Origin: Leucoraja ocellata
Lineage: Eukaryota
Direction: 5' to 3'
Assembly (NCBI GenBank): GCA_036785375.1
Contig: JAWMAR010000612.1
Coordinates: 930,001 to 994,000, forward strand
DNA: 64,000 nucleotides
In this document: positions 51,590-64,000 of the stretch, piece by piece
Layout: the number at the start of each line of letters is the position of its first letter
Numbering within the stretch: position 1 is the stretch's first letter
The notes under the pieces: model-generated
Database searches by the model: none
Seen by the model: only the letters and a program-made list of their open reading frames with translations
What the model was told of the DNA's origin: nothing
Position numbers and translations under genes: made by a program

Positions 51590-51830
51590 GTGTCGGAAGG
51601 AACTGCAAATGCTGGTTTACACCGAAGATAGACACAAGCATGCTGGAGTAACTCAGCGGGACAGGCAGCATCTCTGGATAGAAGGAATGGGTGACGTCGA
51701 GACCCTTCTTTAGACTCAGAGCGACCACCAGTCTGAAGAAGGGTCTCGACCCAAAACGTCACCCATTCCTTCTATCCAGAGATGCTGCCTGTCCCGCTGA
51801 GTTACTCCAGCATTTTGCGTCTATCTTCGG
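51590..51830. repeat. Palindromic Penelope-terminus-derived repeat (two inverted ~95-bp arms)
   Basis: Arm 51622-51716 is the reverse complement of arm 51730-51830 (AGACACAAAATGCTGGAGTAACTCAGCGGGACAGGCAGCATCTCTGG...GACCCTTCTTCAGAC type). About 20 more single or double copies occur, e.g. 1060, 2010, 5510-5940, 7900-8430, 25300, 26815, 40185, 42632, 47630, 57780, 58270, 59300. Confidence 0.8.
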
Positions 51831-52480
51831 GAGGGGGAATGGGTCAGTTTCCTCCACAGTTATCCCCGCCCGAGTGCAAGTGCGATGTGGCAGATTCCTT
51901 TCGTCAAATAAATACATCCCGCTGTATCCGTTGGTGGGAAAGGGGGAATCGTTTGCCCGGCGCCTCACTGTGACCACGCCGTGGCCGAGGGCACCTCCTT
52001 TTAAACTCCAAAATATGGATTTAACTTCAGCTTGCTTTTATTTAACACAGTGGTTAAAATCAGGAAATGCGAGTTTGATTCGAAACTGAAATCAAGTGTC
52101 CGTGTCGAGTGCTTCTGCACCATGGAAGGACGTTTGACAAACAGAAACAGAGAGCGACCGTGCAGCGGTAGATCGACACGGGTGACATTCCACACTGGAG
52201 AGACTGATTGTCATCAGCTTAATCTGCAATGATCATCACGGCGAGGCGCACTAAACACCAGCAATTATTCTTCTAGGTCCCGAGGGACGGGTTATTCTCC
52301 GGACCTGGGATATTTATACTTCTCCGGGGGAGATTATTATTCCAAGCCATTCCAATAAAAACATAATTAAATAATTCTCTTAAGGCAATGTTCAATATAT
52401 TCAACATCCGATTCAGTAGCGTTTCGAGTTTCCTTTTGTTCTCGGGGAGTTGCGAACAGATTTGCTTTGTTCACAAGCAA

Positions 52481-52487
52481 CAGCAGT

Positions 52488-52517
<30 letters not shown>
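52481..52517 (+). repeat. (CAG)n microsatellite
   Basis: About 12 CAG units with one TAG interruption. Confidence 0.9.
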
Positions 52518-52520
<3 letters not shown>

Positions 52521-53813
52521 GAATGTAAAATAATCTGTGGGTGTTAACGGCTTCAGCGCTGAAGTGTAGATCTAGTTTTACTGTCGCCCGCCGGGGACGG
52601 GTGATATTTCAGAAACGTGCGCCCATTGCATAACAAATACAATTCTTAGTGAAGGCTGGCGAGTGGTTTGGAGGCTGGAAATTTCCCTGTAGGTGTTTGG
52701 GGCCATGTCGATCAAGTCCACAAGCCCGAGACGATGGGTGGGTAACTTGGATAACAGGCCGATTTTCAGATCCTCATATAGAAGAAGACATTGCGGAATA
52801 AAAAGCAAACGGCAAGAGGAGCTCAACAGGTTGGGGTATCATCTGTGGAGGCAGGTGGAGAAGATAGTCGACGTCTTGGGTCGAGATCATGCATCAGGAT
52901 TGAGGGTGTAAAGGGGAGGGGGGTAGTATAAAGAGGGGGGAGGGGGTTGACTTACTCAGCGACGGGTGGTTCCTGGAGAGAAGAGGGAGGATTGATGTAT
53001 AGTGTAGATGGAGTCATGCTGGCTGAATAACTTCTGTGGACAAGAGATGACCACCGTGACATGGCAAGCTTTCGTGTCATGAATCCCAAGGTTTACACTG
53101 ACAATTTACACACCTCAGCTCTGGATCAAACGAAACCGATCAATTAATATAATAAGCTTCATTGATATAATTAGTCAACAACTCCAACACCAGCCAGGAT
53201 GAGGATTAAACACAAACAGGGTTGACTTGTATCTATTGAATTCCACCAATTGCCATGCTTTCATGTCATTTGCCTTAGAGAAATATTTTTGAAAAAGGGC
53301 AGCCGCACTACAGGCTACGCTGTACTTCTGAAGTGTGGTCACCTTCACAGGGCAGAGTTCTACACGGACAATGTGTGTATAGCAAGATCCCACGAGTGGC
53401 AAACAGATAATGTCCAGGCAATCTCTCTTTCTTTTGGAGTTGGAACTACGCTAAATATTGGCCAGGTCATCTTCCTTATTTTTTCTTTCAAATAGAGGGC
53501 TTTAAAAATACTAGCAAGGGTAACCAACATTCTAGCTTAACATCCCTGCCTGAAGGTCCACTGTTTGCAGGCCACAGCTCTTCAAATAAATATCCTAGTA
53601 AACTGAAATTACTGAGAATTTCTACCTCTACCACCGTTTCAGGGGATGGCTTCCTGACCACGCTCACTCACTGGGTGACATTTCCTCTCCTCCAACATCT
53701 CACCAAGAATCTTTATAACAATTACTTTTATTCCCAATGTAAAGTAATTGGTGTAAGAATATTTGGTGAGATTTCTGACTTCTCTGCAAAATGAAATAGA
53801 TAAATCCTATAGC

Positions 53814-55337
53814 TACAATCCCCTCCATAATATTTGGGACAAAGACCCATAATTTATTTATTTGCCTGTGTACTCCACAATTTGAGGGTTGTAATAGAAC
53901 AAATCACATGTGGTTAAAGTGCACATTGCCAGATTTTAATAAAGGTGATTTTTTATATATTTTGGTTTCACCATGTGGAAATTACAGCAGTGTTTATACA
54001 TAGTCTCCCCATTTCAGGGCACCACAATGTTTGGGACACAGCAATGTCATGTAAATGAAAGTAGTCATGTTTAGTACTGTTGCATATCCTTTGTATGCAA
54101 TGACTGCTTGAAGTCTGATTCATCAGTTGCTGGGTGTCTTCTCTGGTGATGCTCTGCAGACCTGTATTGCAGCCATCTTTAGCTTTTGCTTGTTTTGTGG
54201 GCTAGTGCTAGGGCAGTTCTCTCTTTAGCATATAAAAGGCATGCTCAGTTGGGTTCAGATCGGGTGATGGACTTGGCCATTCAAGAATTGACAATTTTTT
54301 AGCTTTGAAAAACTCCTTTGTTGCTTTAGCAGTAAGTTTGGGATCATTGTCTTGCTGTAGAATGAACCGCTGGCCAATGAGTTTTGAGGCATTTAAACTT
54401 GAACAGATAGTAAAGTGTCTATACACTTCAGAACTCATTATGCTACTACCATCAGAAGTTGGATCATCAATGAAGATAAGTGAGCCAGTACCTTCAGCAG
54501 CCATACATGCCCAGGCCATAACACTCCCACCACCATTTCATAGATGAGGTGGTGTGCTTTGGATCTTGGGCAGTTCCTTCTCTCCTCCATACTTTGCTCT
54601 TGCCATCATTCTGATATGTTAATCTTCATCTCATCTGTTCACAAGACTTTTTCCCAGAACTGTGGTTGCTCTTTTAAGTACTTCTTGGCAAACTGCAACC
54701 TGGCCATCCTACTTTTGCAGCTGACCACTGGTTTGCATCTTGCAGTGTAGCCTCTGTATTTCTGTTCATGAAGTCTTCTGCAGACGGTGGGCATTGACAA
54801 ATCCACACCTGACTCCTGAAGAATGTTTCTGATCTGTTGGACAGGTGTTTGGGGATTTTTCTTTAGGTGTTTGGAGAATTCTTCTGTCATCAGCTGTGGA
54901 GGTCTTCCTTGGTCTGCCAGTCCCTTTGCAATTAGTAAACTCACCAGTGCTCTCTTTCTCCTTAATGATGTTCCAAATAGTTGCTTTTGATAAGTCTAAG
55001 GCTAAGAATAACTCTAACAGTTTTATTCTTGTTTCTCAGTCTCACAATGGCTTATTTGACTTTCATTGCCACAACTTTAGTCCTCATGAAGATACTCAGC
55101 AATAAACGTTTCCAAAAGCGATGTAAAGACTGGAGGAAAGACTAGGCGCTGAGAGCTCTTTTATACCTGCATTAAGGAGGCAATTAAACACACCTGAGCA
55201 ATTACAAACACCTGTGAAGCCATGTGTCCCAAACATTATGGTGCCCTGAAATGGGGGGACTATGTATAAACACTGCTGTAATTTCTACAAGATGAAACTA
55301 AAATACATAAAAATACTCTTTAATAAAATCTGACAAT
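53814..55337 (-). mobile_element. Tc1/mariner DNA transposon (DD34E, IR/DR type), decayed transposase, one terminus truncated
   Basis: Left end TA-CAATCCCCTCCATAATATTTGGGACA. The ~220-bp TIR (53816-54040) has an internal direct repeat and is mirrored at 55223-55337. Transposase pieces include an HTH region (RRLHEQKYRGYTARCKP) and a DDE region (QQDNDPK...WPSPSPDLNPTEH, 34 residues between D and E). Stops and frameshifts are present. Confidence 0.92.
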
Positions 55338-56471
55338 CTGAAAAATTAATTATGTTTCTCTCTTCACAAATGCTTCCTGATCTGTTGAGCATTTCCAACA
55401 TTTTCTGTTTTTGTATGTAATGTTTTCCTCACAGTTAAACACTTCTAATCCAATTTATATTGTTTCACTTCACAAATTCAATTTATAAAATTGGTTCATA
55501 ACTTGAAAATATTTGCTCCCAGCACTGATTGTTATTTCTCCACTTGCTGTCCTAGTGTCCTTAACCTCTCACTTTAAGAGTTAAGATGTTTAGTAAAGAT
55601 ACCCACTTTCAATATATCAAATTATTCTACATTCAGAAATATATACACAACAGTACAAATCAAATCGGCAATGTTTAGAAACAGATTTTTCTTTCAATCG
55701 TCTCCCATTTTCATTTCACACAAAGCTTGGAAATCAATTGTTCTGCATTCTCAGTACCTCTCTCAGACTATTATTCTTGTACTGGAGGATAACCTATAAT
55801 TTAGCATTGACAAATGGATTTTCTATCTGTGACTTTTACAATGAATTGAAAAGTCAGTTGTGGCTTAACTTTACCTTTGAGCCAAGAGTTATGTCTTCAT
55901 AGTCCCACATCAACTTGAACCCCAAATTAAAGCAGAGTACAACCACACATAAGGATATACTGTGCTACGTATGATCATTAGATCAAATCCCAATCTGCCT
56001 CTCAGATAATGTTTGCATTCCGCTGTCTTGGGGAAAGATCTCTGTGCTATCCTGAAGAAGAAGCAGTTAATTTCATTAACCTAACTATTATTTGTCCCTC
56101 AACCAACACCACAAAAATATTAATTGCATATCACTCAACTCTTCATGGTAATTCACTGCTATCTTGTCTAACAAAGACCACAAGTAAAAATGGCTTCATT
56201 GAGTGTAAAATGCTTAAGTCCACCATGCATTCTTCAATAGCACTGCAGAAATTACTATTATTGTATTTCTATTATCCAGGAGACTTGAAAGGAAATAGAA
56301 AAACAAGTTAAAGTGGTGAAAGTGGAAAAGCGATTGTGTTGCTAAGATGCTAGTGTTGGTGGTGGATGAGGCTACAACTCTTTGACTCAGAGCAAGAGGA
56401 AGCTATAACTGAATTAGTAATAACCCAGATGATGAGAATTAAAATCTAGAGAAAAATATTGGATACAATGA

Positions 56472-56865
56472 TTCTTCTTCTTCTTCTTCTTCGTCTTGCA
56501 AATGAAACATAAACCAAAGGAATAGTTAGATCTCAAGCCGGGTGTTGAGCAGCCAGATTGTTGTCTCTGTGTCAATGTCTGCCAGGCCCTGAGCTCCATT
56601 TGGTGGGTGGTAGAGCGGGCACCCAGAGTTGAAATGGTTGGCTGTCTGTTGTTCTGCTCCGCATTCACAGGCTGGGTTTGGACAGAGTCCCCATCTCCAC
56701 ATGCTGGCATTGAAACGCCCAACTCCAGTACGAAGCCTGTTGAGCTTCATCCATGCTCCTCTGTAGAGGCGAGGCCCTGGACAGCTTTTATCTGGTGAAG
56801 AGATGTAGCTGTGTAATGGAGATGAGGTTGCCTTCCACTCCTGTGACCACGTGGTGGCTATCCAA
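56472..56865 (-). mobile_element. Vingi/Ingi-like (I-group) non-LTR retrotransposon 3' end
   Basis: Encodes WMKLNRLRTGVGRFNASMWRWGLCPNPACECGAEQQTANHFNSGCP (C-terminal zinc knuckle), then a stop at 56526, a short 3' UTR and a (GAA)n tail. Confidence 0.7.
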
Positions 56866-59639
56866 TGTGCTTTTGAACACTGTGTGATTGAGTCAAGGGA
56901 AAGCACAAAAAGGAGGGAAAGAAATGCAATTGCACTTAGACAGCAAAAAAAGGCAATGTTGGACAATTCTTAATACCATGGTAGTTATGTATCCTCCAAA
57001 GTCAAACCTTGGAACAGCTGTGGAGACTGTCATGTATATACAAATGACATGCTGAAATGTTTAATACAATTTTAAAAGAACGTAATGGAAAAAGAAAATA
57101 CAAATTAATTAGATCTGTCTTTTTTTTCAGCCCATTGTGATACATCATTAAAAATGCCCATTTTGTGTAACTTTCACAGAAGCTTTTTTCAACTTAATAG
57201 TAAGTAAATAGTTTTACATTTTACTCTAGAGGTGGGATGTCACATGTAATAGGATATGAAGCTTAGTGCTAGCAAGATAAAATAAACTTCAGTAGTAAAA
57301 TAAATGACATCAGTAAAGCATGAGCTAATTCACCAGTGGTCCATTCTAGTAAAGATGATGGAGAAACATTCTTTTCAAATAACTAGTTCCAGGAATTTAC
57401 CTTTCATTATAGCTGAGGTTGCAGTGAGTGGTGGACTCAGTCCATTTCATCACACGCACAGCTCCCTCCCCATCAAAACCATGTGGATGAGTAGCTGCTT
57501 CAAGAAGACACCATCTATCATCAAGGATCCCAACCATCATCTCTCTGCTACCATCGAGCAGAAGGTACAAATGGTTGAAATCCACCAGGTTCAAAACAGC
57601 TATGTTTTTGAACCGACCTGCAAAACCTTATCCAAGTTTACCTCAGTAACGGAACGCTAGGACCCCCTCTTACACTACCATGGTCTTGTTTTCTAATTGT
57701 GTTTTGTAGTAATGTCTATTTTTTTTTTGCATAGTCTTTTTCTTTTCACTAGTAAAAATAACAAATAGCCAAAGCAAAACAGCAGGTCATGTATCTGTGG
57801 AGGGAAACGGACAGACAATGGTACGGGCCAGGATCCTTCCTCAGCCTGACTTAGTCTGAAGAAGGTGCACTGCTCCAAAACATTGTCTGCCCATTTCTCT
57901 CCACAGGCACTGCCTGACCCATTGAGTTCCTCCAGCGATTAGTTTTTTTACACAAGATTCCAGAATTTGCGGTCCCTTAGTCTTTCTTTTTAAAGTCTTG
58001 TACAATTTATATCCAACTTACATTTAATTTATGTTTGTATGTATTGTCTGAGGCTATGTGCTCAGGATACTGCTGTAAACAAGATTTTTAATTGTACCTG
58101 TACGTCATCGTACTTGTACATATGACAATAAATTTGAGAAGAAAGATAAGGCAAAGAAAATATAATGATTTAAGAATGCCACAACTTAAAACTAATGTTA
58201 GACGAAAATCACCAGACAATCTCTCAAAGTGATTGGTTTTCTGTGGGTGACTCAGGTCCAGAGTCCCTACCGTCTGAAGAAGGGTCTGGACCCGAAACAT
58301 CACCTACCTTGTTCTCCAGGGATGCTGCCTGACCCGCTGAGTTACTCCAGCACTTTTTGTCTATTTGTGTATTATCCAGCATCTGCAGTTCTTTGCTTCT
58401 GCACTATAACCCTTCTGCTCTTTATGGAAGTTAGATGTTGCAATTTACAACAATAGCAAATCAGGAGCCTGAAATCGAATAACTTCATTTCAAATTTCTA
58501 CAAATACATTCGATACAACATACAAAAGTTTATAAATGATAGGAGCAGAATTAGGCCATTCGACCAATCAAGTCTACTCTGCCATTCAATCATGGCTGAT
58601 CTACCTCTCCCTCCTCACCCAATTCTCCTGCCTTCTCCCCATAATAGACAATAGGTGCAGGAGTAGGCCATTCGGCCCTTCGAGCCAGCACCCAGATAAC
58701 CCAAAATCACCTATGATATAAAAAGGGAGGAAAAAAATAGACATTCAGGATGTAATTTAATTTCATTGTTCCATTTCAGGACATAGGACAATAAAACAAT
58801 CTTGACTCTCGAGGTGTTTTCTTCATATTTCCATCAACTGCAGTCTAAACAAGTAAATTCACAAATCACTACTTACAGATCTCCAGCCGAGCTGAGAGTT
58901 GCTGATTGCGGACGTTTCCCTGACAGATACCTGGCTCGGAGCCGCTGTCTTGAACTCGACTGACTGCAACACTGATAAAGGAATGTGATCTCTGCCCCTC
59001 TCCCCACAGACGCTGCCCAACATGGTGAGCATTTTCAGCATTTTCAGGTTTTAAATTCAGCTTTCCAGCATATGATTTAATTTTGGGCGCTCGTACCTCC
59101 CTCAGCAACCCAACCCGACGGGGCGTTGGCGGGAGCGGGGTGTTACCCTCACAATTAGCTGCCCATTGACTTGAAGTAGTGGGGGAATGTGGGAGTGGGA
59201 GTGTTGGCCTCACGATTGGCCTCACTGTTCCCTGCCCACGCCAGTGGGCTGCTGGGTCCCGGAGCCGCCCTTACTCACGGTAAACTGCCCTTCAAATAGA
59301 GTCACACAAGGTGCTGGAGTAACTCAGCGGGTCGGTCGGCATCTCTGGAGCACATGGATAGGCGACATTTCGGGTCGGGACCCTTCTTCACAGAACCCGA
59401 ACCCTTCCAATAGATTCGCCAAGTCCTTTCTGAGGTACTTTTGTTTACAGGTGCAGCACGGAAACAGGCCCTTCGGCCCGCCGAGTCCATGCCGACCATC
59501 GACCACCCTTTCACACTAGCTCCATATTATCCCACGTTCTCAGTCATTTTCACCCCTTCAGGTATTTTTTTTTAGTTTAACCACGTGGGAGGAGATGCTG
59601 CAGCGGTTGCAGGAGGCCGGCCAGTTGTGGTAGGAAGTT

Positions 59640-59812
59640 CATCAGGTCATTATAGGAGCAGAATTAGGCCATTCGGTCCATCAAGTCTGCTCCACCATCA
59701 AATCATGGCTGATCTATCTTTCCCTCTCAACCCCATTCTCCAGCCTTCTCCCCATAACCTCTGACACCAATACTACTAAAGAATCTATTAATCTCTGCCT
59801 TAAAAATATCCA
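59640..59812 (-). mobile_element. CR1 3' end fragment (related pieces at 58535-58690)
   Basis: ATAGGAGCAGAATTAGGCCATTCGG...ATCATGGCTGATCTATC tail shared with other copies. Confidence 0.75.
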
Positions 59813-62639
59813 GCTCCAGGCAATTTCCTGGTAAATCTGCTTCATTTTCTGAGCAGGGATCTGTTGAGCGTGATGTCCCAAAAATATAATTATTCTCCTC
59901 TCTTAAACTTTTGAGATTGCAACGGAATGAACAAGAATATTATGGCAGCACATGGATGCTTTTTCATTGAATCATGTTAATCAATTATCATCAGTGGGAA
60001 CTAAAAGCCAAATATGTTCAATCTGATCTTCCGTGTCACTGCAGACTACAATTCTTGTTACTATGGATGCCTGCTCTTTCACTGAACACAGGTATGAAGA
60101 AGCAACAATGCAATCGACAGTTTTTATATAGGGTTTGTGTAATTTACAATGCTCTCACTTTCCCCTTTATATAGGGTTTTAGGCATTTTCTTTCTTTTTT
60201 AGTTCTAGAGAAGTATATGTTTTTATAGATTATGTGTCTTCTATGTGTCTTTTTAACTTGACTTGACTCTCTGAACAACCGCACAAGAGTTCCTATGTGT
60301 GTAAGCACAAACGGCAAAGAAAGTTTTTGACCTTTGACCTTGACAACGTGGAGCTGAGACCTTAGATGAAATGTTACTCAAACATGGAGAATGTTAAATG
60401 GGACTGTGTGACCAACTACATCAAGAATGTTCCTGATCTTAGGCTTCTCTCTAAATAAAACTTTGTGCTTTGTGTTTGTGAGAGAGACAGGATCCAGCCA
60501 TCTAAAACGTGCCCCCAGAAACATTATTATTGTCGTTAACAGTTTTTATTCTCTTACATATGTTTTAAGCCATCTTGGGAAGCAGAGGAAAGATACAGGG
60601 TTAAATCGAATGACACTGTGCCTTAACTGGTACACCTTTGAAGAAGACTCGGTGAAGTCCAGAAGGTAATCGGAATACTGAAGTTGATCAAATTAAATAG
60701 AAATCCTCCTGGGAGAGGAACATAATTCTTCAGGATGGGAATCCCGAACAAGTGCCAAAAAGTTAAACAATAACCCAAACAAAAACAATACAATGTCCGC
60801 GAGAAATCTGAGATTTCCAATATCTACAGTACTTTGTTTTGGACATGGAAATATTCAGGATATGGGGATGGGAATTTCTTAACATACATTTTATAGGCAT
60901 CTTAGGAACCATTGAATCTGAGAATCTAGAGTAATATATTTATGGCAACATTATCTCCTCACTATTGACACCAAAAGGATGCATGAACATCAGATCCTGC
61001 CTATTACAATGGGCATATAGTTTCAAGATTTGCATCAAACACTCAGAACAATTTGTTCTAGTTTAGATTTAAATTAAAATGGGTATCTTGTAGCTTTTAG
61101 AACACAGTAATCATACTAATCCCATTCTGATCATATTAGTATCACACCAATCCCCTCCAATAGAACAACAATCCTATTTAATTACATATTAATCCTAATA
61201 AGTGCAGAAGAAATAAAAGCAGGAGATGGTCCCCTGACCCTGAGAGATGATCTTTTATCTCAGCACCGCTTTCCTTCATTACCGCAGGTCCCTTGATCCC
61301 CTTAAATTAAGAATATTTATTGATCCCTGTCTTAAACACATTCATTGACTGAATCTCCACAATCCTCTTGGGTTGAGTGTTCTAATGATTCGCTATGTGC
61401 TGGAAGTAGAAATGTCTTCAGAGGCCAGATCACGACACTGTACCCAAGAAATTGTCTGCTATCTTTTTTTTTAAATATTTCACCCTATCTGCTTTCATTG
61501 TAAGCTCTTTCTAAGATCACCTTTACGAATAGCGTTTCTTCTAAAATCTATTTAACCTTTAATATACATGTCTGTGGTGGGGGTTTAGATTAATAAACCA
61601 GGAGAAAGATTAATGATAATAGAACCTGATACAAATATATATTTGGTTTATTCCTATGAGAAATGAGAATGTGTATGATTACAGATCCCTGTTGATATTT
61701 GTTGGGAGCTATATATCCAAAAGGGAAATTGGAAGATAAAGGCCAAGAATATCCAGTAAGATCATAATCTATGGCAATAATTCTTTTGTTTACAAAATAT
61801 ATTAGACGCCTGAAGTCTAATAATTGCTGTTGAGCGTTTGTGATTCTCTGGTCTACAACAATCATTCTCTTGAACTGATCACTTCCCTTCATGTGATGCT
61901 GAATCCTTGCAAGGCTGTGATTCCAACTGTGTCCTTCAAACGGTCCATTAGCTAGTTCTTCACATGTGGAGCTGGGACCCAGTTACTAAGGAGGAAGGAA
62001 AGCTGAAAGACAAGACACACATGTGAATTTTAAGATGATCAAGATGGAAGACAGATATTTTGGTGAGGAAGATTAAGATAAATTTTCCCAACCTGAATGA
62101 GGGATCACAATGCAGGAGGTCCAGTTATGATTTTATAAAATCATTTCGATACCGTGTAGTTTCTCAAACCAAATCTAACATTTACAGCAAAGTTGGAAAT
62201 AATTGACATATATTTCAACTGCTGGCATTAATAAATCCTGTGCTTTCTTGTCAGCGAAGTCACCTCCAAGGCTATCACAATCCCTTTCTTTCCTCAATAT
62301 GCTCTTAACAGAATTCATAACAATTTAATAATGTCTCCTTTGCACAACAATGTTACAGCTCCAAGCTGCATCATTCTCTTTGGGATGTCCAGAGGCTGTG
62401 AAATTTGTAAGTTCTTACTTCCTTCCATTAGACATTTTTGTTTTTAACGAAAGAATTAAGCATGAGTGAGTGCGTGCCTTTATGTGTGTGTGCGTGTACA
62501 ATGTTTCATAATGGTATGGAGATAGGAAACAAGCATATCTATATGTTTGCACATATACATGTATGTTTAAGTTAGCATGTGCGTGCATATGTGCAAGCAT
62601 GTAGATTTATGAGTGGGTGTTATTGTTAGGGAGAGAGAA

Positions 62640-62977
62640 GGGATAAATATCAAGGTGCATTAGAGCACATCATCATGGTACATAAATCCGCAGCTGTGTT
62701 TGAAAATGTAATGCTTCTTACGGACTATGAGGGGGGAGAACTGGATATTTTTAGTGCCTTCCCTCACAGTGAATTCTGCTGTGGGGGGACGTTTCATGTT
62801 GATTTCTATAGTGTACAGTTCTGTGTCTTTTTTCTTTTTTCTCTTTTTTGTTTTGTATGGATTTATTGACATTTGATCAGTTCAATTAATTTAATCAATC
62901 TCTGTAAAGCACTTTGGTTCAAATACTGGTTTTGTTGAAAAGTGCTATATAAATAAAGATTATTATTATTATTATTA
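62640..62977 (+). mobile_element. L2-like LINE/SINE 3' end
   Basis: TGTAAAGCACTTTGG...GAAAAGTGCTATATAAATAAAG(ATT)n tail. Confidence 0.6.
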
Positions 62978-64000
62978 CAGAATCAGCCAGCTTCATGTTA
63001 CCTCATACGCTGTAATAGAAAGCATAAATCTTTTGTCCCCAGTTTGTGTGGCAAATTAACTCATTCCATACTGTTGTTGTTCATGGAGTAGCCATCATTT
63101 CTTTACCGTGCATTTTTCTGTTCATGTCATGGTGGGATATGGGCAGAAGGAACGAAAGGAAAGTAAGCCAAGGGTAGGGAACGCAAGGCTTTGGAATAGT
63201 TTAGTGAGTACTGAGTCAGCCAAGGTAATGGCGCACACTAGTTTTAGAAGATTAGCCTTTGGATTGTAGGCTTGCTGGTGTGACAGGTTTTTATTGATCA
63301 GCCCTCAATTGTCATCGACAAGGTGATTTCTGAGGTCACTTTGAAGAATCAACCATGGTACTGTGAAACTGGAGTTATCCAACAGAAGACCTGATGGTAG
63401 ATTTTCTTCATACAAGGACATAAATGAACCTGTAGGGAATTCCTTTAACAATTACTTTTACAATATTAAGGTGCTAAATGAAAGCGAGGTGTTATTGTAA
63501 TAATGAGTTGTCACAGCCCCCACCCCTCCCTTGGATGCCATTCTGATCCCTGGCTGATAGGCCAATTCCCAGCATCATTGGTACCAGCTGGATAAAATTA
63601 GCTGATATGGGTTTGGCCACCTGAACCTCGTCTGCCTGATCTCTACAAAGCCGAGGGGAGGGGAGATGCACTGCTAGTTGTGTTCCCCTACTGCAGGGTC
63701 GAGGAAGACAGACCTGTGACCACCAGTGCAACCGTGTGATCCAGACGGAGCTGCCATGAAGAAGCCCTAGACATCCAGCACCTCTACTGAGTGTCGAGGG
63801 GTTGCCTGTGATGCCAGTGCTTCTGTCTGGGAGGGACTGTGCCCACACACAGAGGCAAAGACTGCTCTGCCAGGATAATCCAGAGGCCGCCAGTGTCACC
63901 TCTTCAAGCCCCAAAGTTGAGCAGTCAGGATAAGCCGGAAACTGCCAGCTCCTCCTCTCAATGCAAGGGTGAACTACAGGGATCACCATGCCCTCCTCCA

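Larger units (their letters stand above)
50950..52760. promoter_or_regulatory. CpG-rich 5' flank of the RXFP3-like gene
   Basis: CpG dinucleotides are retained well above flanking background; contains the RE1 site and a TATA-like TTTAAAAG near 51998-52005(-). Confidence 0.5.

Noticed and set aside
63492-64000. 165-aa minus-strand ORF and GC-richer patch as a possible ADAMTS7 exon
   Set aside because: No recognisable ADAMTS motif or convincing splice context; truncated by the window edge

Overview
Vertebrate genomic DNA, most likely a cartilaginous fish (skate or ray), inferred from its repeat content of V-SINE/HE1-like, CR1, Rex1/Babar and Penelope-derived elements. The window holds three genes, all on the minus strand. 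(1) A complete 12-exon MORF4L1/MRG15 gene: CDS 39147 to 4128, 975 nt, 324 aa. All exons and splice sites were traced by hand, including one GC-AG intron. It has a CpG-rich housekeeping promoter carrying a ZNF143-type motif. (2) An intact tRNA-Lys(CTT) about 2.9 kb upstream of the MORF4L1 start codon. (3) An intronless relaxin-3 receptor-like GPCR (RXFP3 family) with a canonical REST/RE1 site upstream. The rest is intronic or intergenic DNA full of decayed transposons: CR1, Rex1/Babar, Penelope-like, V-SINE, a Tc1 DD34E element, a Vingi/Ingi-like LINE end and MITE-like hairpins. The most unusual signal is a cluster of very short palindromic inserts upstream of the tRNA gene. Two of them (31 and 38 bp) have CAAAGATC...GATCTTTG ends and exact 8-bp target duplications, and a third is one-ended. 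They resemble P-element/THAP9-type excision footprints or minimal MITEs. Also notable are hammerhead-ribozyme-like cores in the Penelope-derived repeats and a candidate 30-nt in-frame microexon in the MRG15 chromodomain. Almost all short ORFs in the track are spurious.
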